NCBI GenBank assembly: GCA_013239625.1
Contig: MU053652.1
Span: forward strand, 7,059,902-7,123,901
Length of the DNA: 64,000 nt
Direction of reading: 5' to 3'
DNA from: Lama guanicoe
Taxonomy: Eukaryota
The position numbers and the translations under genes are program-made. Under the pieces are notes generated by a model that saw only the letters and a program-made list of their open reading frames with translations, was not told where the DNA came from and searched no databases. Each line of letters opens with the position of its first letter. Position 1 is the first letter of the stretch. Shown here in pieces: positions 53,651 to 64,000 of the stretch.

Positions 53651-54441
53651 TGATACTGAGCAGGACCCTGTGGGGTCCTCCTTGGTACAAATCTTTCCAT
53701 GTTCCCTATTTCTTGTTTGTAGAAAATAGGCTTCATCCAGCCTCTTTGATCTTCCCTGAGTTCCTAAGGGCAGATTCAAACAGTTGCTAATTAGGGAAGG
53801 AAGGGACTGCAGAAACAAGGGAGGAACAATCAAGAAACAATACTGCAGCCTTGGGGCAGGGTCCAGGTTACCAAGGCTGTTGCCCTCAAGATCACACACC
53901 TGCCCTTCCCTTGAATTGGAACCAGTTACTCTTATCTAAGTCTCAGGATGCAAAGAGAAGAAACAAGAACTGGTTTGAACCTTTGAAGCCCAAGATGACA
54001 GAGGATTTGACTTCCAGTGGACCTTCAGCCTCATTCTGTGGTCACTGTAATGTATTAACATGCTAAGTGACACATCCCCAGCACCATGGCAGTTGAGGAT
54101 TGCCATGATAACAATCGGAAACGCCCACATATAAGAACAGAAAATAAAGGCGATTGGCTCCAGCACACTCAGAAAGAAGACTTGATGGCAGAGCCTCCCA
54201 TATGAGTCCATGTGGGCCTGAGCAACAGCGGAGCTGTCTCTGCTGGCCCTCTTGGCTGACAGCGCCCCATTCGAGTGCTTCCTTTCCCTGCTCAAGAGCT
54301 TTCCTGACTTGTCTTCTTTTGAGAAATAAAGCAGCTTTTGCTCTGTCACTCTGCCTCAGCTGTGAATTCTTTCCATCTGGCAGGCAAGAACCCATGTTTG
54401 TGGGATCCCCACTTTAAGGGAGAGTCTTCCATCTGCTAACA
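53651..54441 (+). mobile_element. ERV1-class solo LTR (791 bp)
   Basis: TG...CA termini, 4-bp TSD atcc (53647-53650 and 54442-54445), TATA-like atataa at about 54129 and aataaa at about 54325. Confidence 0.88.
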
Positions 54442-55164
54442 ATCCCACGGGAAATGACGAATGGAGTACATCAGTTATTCACAGGTCATCCCTGGGTGTT
54501 AAAACTATAGATAAATTTATCTATATACTAGTTTTTATTTTCTATATTCTAAATAGTAACTTATTTAGAACAAGAGAACTTTTAAAAATGACAAATTCCA
54601 TAGTTCTTTAATTTTCAAGCATAAAGAAAATTAGATAAGTCAGTAAATACTTGTTAAGAACCTGTATTTCTATAGAGTTACACAAAGAAAAAAGCATACA
54701 CAATACAACTGAGGAATTAAGATTACAAATCAGTAACACAGCAGAGTAGATGAAGTACTGCACAAGTCAATGCATCAGTCAGGACATTCCGGCTTTAGGA
54801 AACTGAGACTTTGTTGAAGGTGCTTAAGCAAAATTAATCAATAAAGTGGGTGAGTGGGGTGGGACAAGTTATTTCCTTACACAGCTGGAAAAGGGGGGAA
54901 ATTGAGCTGAGCTTAAGGGTGGCTTTAAAGAAGGAGTTAGAAGCATACAGACCTGGACTGTTTCTGTCCATGTGACACCTTCATTGTCTAATGTCAGCTT
55001 CTCCATATGGTGGCAGCAGGGAACGATGCTGAGTAGTTTAGGGTTCATACTCATGTAACTTCATTAAGAGGATGAAACAATTAAAAAAATTTTTTTGACT
55101 GAGCTTGTGTTACATCCGTACCCTACAGCCCAGGGTGTGGGTTAACATAATTGGCACCCTTATT

Positions 55165-55574
55165 TGTTAAAAAAATAATATTTGACACTCGTTAAAATGA
55201 TAAGGAAGACTTCACTAAGGACTATCGTGATAGGTGTCAAGAATATCATAATAGGGAAGAGAGATCAGCCTCAACTCTGAATATAGAAGAGACAGCCAGG
55301 GATTTAGAGTCAATGAGCAGAGTGAGGGGTCACTGAATGAAAATTACGAAGAGGAGACATCCAAGGTAGGAGAATTCTTGCTAAACCCACTTAATGGGAT
55401 TCTTGCTGAATGCAGACCAGGGTGATCAGATAGCAAGGAAGGATTCTTAATAAACATAGCAGGATTCTTGCTACCACTAGACTAGGGAAGCTCAGGACAG
55501 GGTCTGAGGACAACACCTAGTCCTAAAGGAGCTCTAAGGAGCCTGACTACAATTTGTCAAGGAGAGAGCCCTCA
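55165..55574 (-). mobile_element. ERV1 LTR (MER31/MER67-like)
   Basis: Repeated (g/a)attcttgct motifs and terminal ggagcctgactacaatttgtcaaggagagag match the antisense MER31-family start. Confidence 0.7.
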
Positions 55575-55779
55575 TTACCACAAAACTTAAATCTCTGAAA
55601 GAGGAAGCAGCGTATGAGGACAGAGTTCTGTTCAAAACAAAAGAATACGTATTTACATACCACAGTGCAACTCACTGGATACTTGCAAGAAATGAATCGT
55701 GAGAAAGACTGCTTCCAGCTTAAAGATATTTAAAGAAAAAAATGAGTATAAATTTGATATTAAGAATTAATCAGCATTT

Positions 55780-56530
55780 GATAGGCGGAGATGAGAGCCA
55801 GAGGGAAGCTACTGCTAAGCTGTGAACAAAGACAAGAAGCAGGAAAGGAAAGATGAGTCTGTGTGAAAACAAGTTCAACAGCTTGGCTGGGATGTAGGAT
55901 TCATGTAGGAAATTAATGGAAGATAGACTATAAAAGGGAGTTAAAGCTAGACTGTGGCATATCATTAAACTTCAGCAAGGGTCTGAACTCAAACTGACTT
56001 CCCAAATCAGGGTGCTCCTACCTAAGAAAACATGATAGAGCCAGGGATACTGGAGCAATAGGATTAGTATGGCAAATCTTCCTAGACATCAAAATTACCT
56101 CAAGATTTGGAATGAAATGTTAGGCTATTTAATAAGGAAAGATTTTTAATTACATCAAAACAAATCTTGATAATATGTGGTAAAGCATAAAAAATTAACT
56201 TGAATTTTAAAGACACAAAATAAAGATTTAGGAGGATTAATACATTCTTTGTCCTTAGGATCTTCCAGTCCCCTTCCATCTGCCATTTGGGTGGAAATTC
56301 TTGAGAATCCTACTGCAGTCCAAGGACATTTGAGCATGAAAGTGGCATAAAGAAAAAATGGTATTACATAAAGATTAATTTTGCAGCAGTGTATAGAATG
56401 AGTAAAAGGGGGAAAGAATAAAGAAATGGAAACTAGCCAGAAAACTACTTTTATAATTCAGGCATAAAGTACAGAAGTATACATCCAAGGGTTGGCAACT
56501 GGGATGGAAAAAAAGGGATGATTCAAGAAA
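55780..56530 (-). mobile_element. L2 fragments
   Basis: aaagattaattttgcagcagtgtatagaatg...ggaaactagccagaaaactact is an antisense L2 motif. Confidence 0.5.
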
Positions 56531-56929
56531 TGCTGGAAAGCAATAAATATATGCACCATGTATTTAAACAAAATTCTGATCACTTTAATAAAAATAATTT
56601 TCATATTATGCTGTTAAATCAACCTAACACTGATGTCATGCCTTCAGGAACAATGCCTAAGTCCACTGGATTATTTGGCCCTATGCATCTTTTTTGTCAC
56701 CTCTTTTCGATTATCCACCACAATACAGGAGAGAATAAGGCTGATGATAAAGAAGATACATCCACGAACCATCTGTCACAGACGTTGTTTTCATCCCATT
56801 ACAAGGCAAGAGAAGTGATTATATGACTAATGAGCAATTCTTCATTCCTTCCAGTTTCAACAAGATTTCGCTTTTCCTTTGGGATATTAAAAAAAAAATT
56901 AGAAGCAGATTATAACAGTTGATCAAAAA

Positions 56930-57130
56930 TCTGAACTCCTAGGTACAGTTCTGGTGCCATGCCTGAAGAAAGACAATATAGAGTTTAAAGAAGGGACAAG
57001 AAAAGGTAGCTAAAATCAAGAATACATAGGAATTTTCATATGAGGAAGCGGGACTCATCAATCTCAAAAAAGTAAATTTGAAAGGGAACATAATTGAATT
57101 TCTATAAAAGAAATGAGAACTATACAGAGG
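56930..57130 (+). mobile_element. CR1/L3 LINE fragment
   Basis: cagttctggtgccatgcctgaagaaaga...catatgaggaagcgggactcatcaatct...aagggaacataattg is colinear with the CR1 ORF2 3' consensus. Confidence 0.6.
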
Positions 57131-60100
57131 TAATCAATCATAGATTCACGAACAAAATAGCACCTACTATGAACTGGGAAACTGTATTTACTATAACCTA
57201 TTCTATTTTGATAATAAAACTGGTTATTATTATTCTGACATTTTAAATGAAGAAATTTAGCCTCAAAGAATTTCAGGATTATCCTATAATGAGAAAATAA
57301 AATAGTGTCAGGCTATATATATAAGCAAGTAGCATTTTTACACCCCAGTGGATGAAGACAAGAGGTATTAAGGCAAAAAATACAGTTACATACAAGTGAA
57401 TAAAATTCAGTAAGAACTCAGATTCACAAATGACAGCTGTGTCATGAACAGTGAGTTTATGTTATGCAAGTTTTTGGAGAAGAAGGCTAACCTTTTGAGA
57501 TTGTAGCATGGAAAATAATTAGGAAGCCTTATAATACCACTGTCTTGGCTCTCTCAGAAACAGAATTTTGAAAGCACGGCAGACTCAAAGTTGTTACTGT
57601 GTGACAGAGATTTATCAGGGACAGCGCTAAGGATACATTAACTCGATCAGCATTCCCAATGAAACATTACTATGCACAGTCAAAATATTATGTTAAATAG
57701 CTAAAAGAGTCAAATAGTTAACTAGTCAAAATAAATGCGTTAAAAAGATTATTTTTCTTTTATAGCTAATTGCTTTTACTTGTTCTGGAGACCTAGAACT
57801 ATTCTGTATGCTATCCACAGGATCCATGCCATGGGACTCTATTATAAATGAAGCCCTGGTACAGTGAGATCCTTTTGGTATTTCTAGTAATAAATCCCCT
57901 TGGATAGGGTCAAAACCACAAAAACACAACCATTTTATACTGAATTCTGGATTCTCTACAGTAGTGCTGTGAGGCTCCAGCCTTACATCATAAATGTGAA
58001 AGCAAACCCTCAAAATTTTTTTGATTTGGATGGAAAACATAAGAATTATCTTTAATATGATCATGTAATGTCACACAGAATTCTGAGTAGCTATTGTACA
58101 ACAGGATTCTCCTGTCTTATGAGATCTATGTACTAAATAATAGCGGCCAACCAAGTTGAATTCAAAGCTAATTTCTAATTCATTTCTTCATAGGGAGCTC
58201 TGAAATATGCTCATTTAAAAATTTGCTACATAACAGTAAGTTCTGTACCACTCTTCTGTAATGTCAGTACAATACTGCCAAGCATGAGAGTGAAGCATAA
58301 ATGTTGACACTTAATTATGGATATTAAATTCAGTCTCCCATTTCAGGTCTATGTCAGATGCCACCACCTTCAAGAATTCATAAATGAGCTATTCTCTCCC
58401 TCTAGTCAATGTAATATGAATTATAGGATGAGAAATACCATGTTAAACCACTTTCCTTTGGTTACACACCTGCAAAATATTCTTTTGCATCCCAGAAGCT
58501 CCGGATCACAGAAATTTCCTAACTACTTCATCCATCACCATAATGCAGTTACCTCTAGGGTGTGATTTCAATAGTCAAAGGTGAAATGGAGCATAACAGA
58601 TCATCACTTCTTACTAATCAATGATTCAAATTGCTAGGCCTAGTAAGCTGGAGCATTTTTCAAGATGAAAATTGCAGTGGCCTATATTTAGGAGCAGCAG
58701 AGTCTAAAAATTACAGCTGTATATCTATATATGTGTGACTTTGCAAAATGGAAAAATATGGAAGGGTGTGCTGGTGATAATAGGGATGTTTAAGGTCATC
58801 TTTTTGTTGTTACCCATGTTTATCTGTAGAAACTAAAAAAACAAGGCTTTATACTTAGCTTTCTTTGACCACTTAAGTTGTGCGCTGAAAGGTTAAGAGT
58901 TTTATCAAAAGTTAAGGTTCTGCAATCAATTGTGTCTTAAACTCTAACCTTCGGGCTCAGCTGCCGCAAACATCTTACTGCTTCTCTGGAGACTCACTGT
59001 TCGTGGCATTCATGCTGTGAAATCATACTATAGCTGAGGCATTTGTACAACTTTCTGTAATAAATGCCTTCAGACAATGGCCCCCAGATCTAGAGCAGAT
59101 TTCCTAACAGAATTTTATAGTGGTTTACAGTAAAGTAAGAGCCAAGATAATCAAACAAACGTGGTCCATTTTCAAGTGAAAGTTAAACATTTTAGTCCCT
59201 AAATCAAATGTCACCTGCCTTTCCAGTCATGATTACATTTAATAGCCAGTAGGCTATGAAACATTTTAAGAAATGTATCACACAGGAATGACATATAATG
59301 CTAACTCATTATTCCTAACTCTGTTACCACCATCTTATCATTCCTGACTAATTGCATGTTCTGACAGTTTCTGTGAAATGTGTGATACTGAAGAATAATT
59401 ACTGAGTATTCATCCAGCAGTGGTAGGAAGTATAGCGAGGGGATAACGTGTCCCAGACGATACATCGGTAAATGCTATTTAGACTTTAATAATTTCATGT
59501 TAAATTGGGTTTCAGCAGTAATTAGGGAATTTGTGCCTTAAAAATTTTCACCTTCACTTTGATATTTTTAAATAGTTTCAGTGGTTAATAAAAAAAGAGT
59601 CTCTTATTGATTATTCAAACAAGGTTAGCTTATCAGTATCATAAATTTACAAGCTTTGGTTTTTCAAGGGAAACTTTACACCAGCAAAGAATGGCTTGGG
59701 ATTTGTTTTATCGTAAACTTTGGTTTTATTGGCAGTTAGTTTCCTTCTTCAAAACAATTTAATCTTATTTCCTAGCTTAATTTTCCATTTGCGTGTGATA
59801 TATATAAAGGGAGAATCTCCACGTGGACAAACATCAAAACCAAACTGTAACCTACAAATGCCACACTAGCAACTTATCCATCTTCAGTGATGTATTTCAA
59901 CAGAGCTGCAATTCAATCACAAGCGACCACTTCACTGGTTACACTTGAAACCCCAACAAAGTCTGGTTTTAACTACGGCTGTTCAGTGAAATTGCAAACA
60001 CAATTCAGTAAGCTTTTATATACATTCTAGCACTTTAACTCAGTCATGCAAAGAACCCAAAGGCATCTGACCTGCTAAGTTGTCTGAAAATATGGAACTG

Positions 60101-60864
60101 TCTTTCTGAATAGTTTTTCTCTGAAATAACTCAAGTATGGCTTTGGTTTTATTATAGATTTCACTTGGAGGCAGTGAAGAAAATAACATGCTTTACAGGC
60201 TGTCCTTGCTAATCTAGCAATACCTAGTCTGGGGCTAAGGACAGAGTGGAGACCTAGGAAACACTTGTTAAATGAAAGAGCATATACACAGTAAAACAGA
60301 ATTTCAGTGATAGAGAAGTATTTCCAAACTCTGCATTTTTATATAGATATTTTTCTTACCTTAGACCATCACGAAAGTAAACAAGATGGAAAACTGATGG
60401 CATCAAATAATCAACTTGCTCATAATAGGTTGATTTATTTCACAAATATCTAAGGAAAATCTGTGATGTGTTAGGTACTAGGGATGCTAAAGAGATAAAA
60501 CTAGCCCCTGATATCTATGGTTGCCCAGGTTTTTAAGAGGAATATTAACAGTTTAAATGTTACCTGGAAGATGATTTCACTTAATATGTTGTAACAACAT
60601 TTCAATTTCTGCTGTTAGATATTCGGAGAATATGAATCCAGAGAGTGGCCTGTGTGACCCTTAGTGCACCAGAAAGACACACATATTAAGCAGTAAGATT
60701 TAAATGAGGGAAGGCGAGAGAAATGCAGCCAAACCACTCTCTATTTTCTTACAGATGCAACTATTCATGCTGCATCCTGGGCACATCAGTACAAGACGCA
60801 GACTGAAAATGAGAGACAATGTCAGACTCCAGCATAAACAACAAGAAAGGGGAATTAGGACATG

Positions 60865-60950
60865 AAAGGTCTCTGAGCCTCACTTTCCTCATCTGTAAAG
60901 TGAAAGTGGTATTTCTATATGATTTACTGGATACGTGTAAGTGTGATAAT
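60865..60950 (+). mobile_element. MIR core
   Basis: tctctgagcctcactttcctcatctgtaaagtg. Confidence 0.75.
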
Positions 60951-62339
60951 ACCAAATTTTCCATAATGATATTTTGCACTCAGTCATATCCCCAATATTT
61001 TATAAGAAGTCGATCTCCAACCCTCTTATTCTCTCAATTTGTTTCTGCAAAAATTAAGGATCATCTATTATAATGTTGCTAATATTGTTATAACAATGAC
61101 CATTTTAGTTTCTCAAAGCAACTAATATAGAGCCATTTTCTTCTTAAAAAAAAAACTCATTAGCTTTATAGATAACAATGTTGCTCTTGCCAGTTAATTT
61201 GTCCTGGCTTTTGTAGAATAGAAAACAAAAGTGGGTAAGGGGTTGTAGTTGATATTTTAAAGGAGTAAATTTTATTGACTTCACCAAAATGTCTTTATTC
61301 TCTAATAATTTTAAAAGCACTATGTATCTATCAGTCATGCAACAACTTTTTTCTTCCTATATAACAACTTGGAAGTGAAAAGTCTGAGAGGTTTTAACCA
61401 GGAGGAAGTAATTAGGTTAAAGGGAAGTTTATTAACCCAGATTTCCCAGTTAGACCTTTATAATTCACATTGGCTTTTAGAATTTGAAGCTCTTCTCACT
61501 ATTTCTTCTCTTAAATTCACTGGATCCATTTCAAATGAATTTGGAAACAAGATAATGAGATCAGAAACAATCTCCTTAAGAAGGTTCAATAACAACTAAA
61601 TGGGGTTAATTGGCCATTTCTAAAGATTTTCAGATCACAAATATCAGTAAACATTGAGATTGTGAATCCTCTATTGGCAGGAGAATGGAAGGTCATAGAT
61701 TAAATCAATGCGAGGTGGCATTGGGGGAGTTTTTTCAAGATGAGTACATTTCTCAGATTCCAATTAGCCCCAGCCTGATAGAATTTACAGTCTCAAAATA
61801 GAAGTGGAAATAAGGTATGTATTAAGTTCAAAGATTGTAATCACCTAGTATATCCCAATTTCCCCATGTCTTCTTCCTCCCCAAGTACAAAACTAAATCA
61901 AAATTTCCAGGAAGGAATTGGAATCCATGTTTTGAGTAAATTACAGATTCACTTTTATTTTACCAATGTTTTAATCTCATTTTTCATCTTCATTTACATG
62001 AAAAATTGGCATCTCTCAGGCAGAATGATATTTTAAAATACACAGATGCTGCAAATAAAACATCTCATGGCTGTTCAACAGAAACATAAGGCCAGTGAAA
62101 TATATTAATTTGTCAGGACATGTAAATGTGGCTAAGCAAAAATTTGGCTGAAGAACAAATATTCTCACAAAGAAAATACAACACAGTAAAACATAAACAC
62201 AATTAGATGAACCAAATTATAACCCATCAATAGATGAGAGAGGCGTGCCATTGACTATGCATGATAACTATACAGTCAATTTTCTGGATTATTAGACAAA
62301 ACATGCACAAAAGCTTTTGAATGATTAACTGTGTATGTT

Positions 62340-62460
62340 AGAATCCCATTAATTTAGCCAACATTTATTGAACACCTATATTTCATGCACTATGATAACC
62401 ACTGGAATTACAAAGATGAAAAGAGGCATGATCCACACACTCAAAAACCTGACATCTTAA
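62340..62460 (-). mobile_element. L2 3' end
   Basis: caacatttattgaacacctat...ctggaattacaaagatgaaaagaggcatgatcc. Confidence 0.7.
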
Positions 62461-62659
62461 GTCATTTCTTCACTGCATAGGTTTAGATATATTATAGATC
62501 ATCGTACATTTATCGAACATGAACAAAAGTACGATACAACATGATTTGTCAATGTTCTGTGATGCTCCTGCCTTGCAAGAGCATGTAAAGATGAAATTCA
62601 CGTTACACTGTGGTATTTAGCAATAGACAGTAAAAAATATTTCATTTAAAAATGTCTTC

Positions 62660-62780
62660 TTCATTCATTCTTTCATCCAGCAAATATGTATCAAGGGCTT
62701 TTATTCTGTGCCACAGTCCATGTTAGTAACTGGAGACAGCAATGAAATATCAACATACTTCTGTTTTTTTGGAACTATTA
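62660..62780 (-). mobile_element. L2 3' end
   Basis: tcattcattctttcatccagcaaatatgtatc...tctgtgcca...ctggagacagcaatgaa. Confidence 0.65.
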
Positions 62781-63564
62781 ACTGTATATTTATTTTTTTC
62801 CCAATAACAAAGCTCCTAGAGCCTTCCAACTGATTATTCCATCAGATTATTTCTTTGTTTCCCTGCTGTTAAGAGTTTGCCCTCCTCCTAAGAATATCTA
62901 AACTTCTCTTATTTCCACTCAACTTGCTTGGCTTGATTTCTGTTTCCTTGCCTTTCTAATCTGACACACTAACACATGCTAATGAATCAATGAAATATCT
63001 TCCCCCTTCTGTGGGACCGTTGTGCATTTGTGCAATGTCCTTCTAGAGACCATGTGTTTAAACCAAAGTGCCTTTAACAGTAGGTATTTCAAACTCTGAG
63101 ACAGACAGTTTGAGGAAATGATTGGACTGAATTCATAAGTAGTTACCTATAAACCTATGCAGGAACTACGCTACAGTCACCTGGTGTGATATGTGGAAAG
63201 TATTTTGATAATCTAATTGCATTGCCCATCTCACAGTGAGGTGCTCCCAATATGACACTCACACCTTCTGTTTTGAAGACAGGCACAGACCTTTGATTGA
63301 AGAATGTAATCACTTCATTACAGGAGTTTTTTTGTTGTTGTTTTTTCCCTATCCTTCATCCTATTGTGTCTTGGTAATCATGCACTAACATGAGCAGAGG
63401 ACATCCATCCTCTAGACTCTTCTTTCAACAAAATCTGTAGCTCAAACATACTTTATCAATCTAGTCTGAGGTCAGGGTGAACCAGTCATCGGAAATACTT
63501 TCTACTATCTGTGACAAATCTCAGTTTTCAAAATGCAGCTTATTTCAAGGCCATTTTTTAAGAA

Positions 63565-63760
63565 AAAATTAACATTTATGTACAAGGAACTGTGCTATTT
63601 CTCTAATCTGCCATCTCATGTAGTTCTCTTGATGGTTCTATGATGTAGATTATGAATCTCCACTTTACAGATGAGAAAACTGAGATTAAATGATGCTAAA
63701 TCTTTGGCCTTGGTTGCATAACTACTGAGTGTAATAGCTAAGACTAGACTGAGTAGAACT
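63565..63760 (-). mobile_element. MIR SINE
   Basis: ctccactttacagatgagaaaactgagattaaatga. Confidence 0.8.
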
Positions 63761-64000
63761 CATTTCAATGGTATCAGAAATAGACCCCAACCAAAAATAT
63801 ATATGCTACTACCTACCACCATGATTGAAAGCCTTTAGCAAATCACTCTTCAGAATTCTGAAGTTATTCATTTGACTTTTTTTGGTTTCATTTTAGAAGC
63901 TTTTTAAATATACGTGTATCCCTAAGAGGAGTGATGCCTAAATAATTTCACCTAAATACAATTGGACATTTAGATATATCTACAAGGAGACATTGACTTT

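Noticed and set aside
52683..54441. Deleted provirus bounded by two LTRs
   Set aside because: The LTRs differ in sequence and length, each has its own TSD, and the spacer shows no PBS or PPT.
56800..58064. 112-aa minus ORF (57726-58064) spliced to an acceptor near 56877
   Set aside because: The donor is weak (CAA|GTAAAA), the upstream acceptor is poor and there is no recognisable homology.
1..64000. Protein-coding genes from the ORF track
   Set aside because: All ORFs are 170 aa or shorter. The recognisable ones are broken L1 ORF2 pieces or antisense frames through repeats, and none resembles a cellular protein I know.

Overview
AT-rich, CpG-depleted mammalian non-coding DNA. It is most likely camelid, judged from a tRNA-derived SINE at about 37.0 kb and the 3'-UTR type of a young L1 fragment. 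I recognise no protein-coding exon, functional RNA gene, CRISPR array or prokaryotic element. The listed ORFs are decayed L1/LTR pieces or chance frames. The window is a mosaic of old and young L1 fragments, L2, MIR, CR1/L3, MER20/MER5A DNA transposons and several LTRs. Most long L1s and LTRs lie on the + strand, which suggests a large intron of a minus-strand transcript. The most notable item is a putative AmnSINE1 (an ancient 5S-derived SINE, a family known for enhancer exaptation) at about 20.04-20.51 kb. Other points of interest are a perfect RFX X-box palindrome, a CTCF/YY1 motif, a near-identical 160-bp tandem duplication, internally primed and twin-primed L1 insertions with TSDs, and a cluster of ERV1 solo LTRs. 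I cannot support a previously undescribed biological system. Repeat family names come from recalled consensus sequences and need RepeatMasker/Dfam confirmation. Boundaries without TSDs are approximate.
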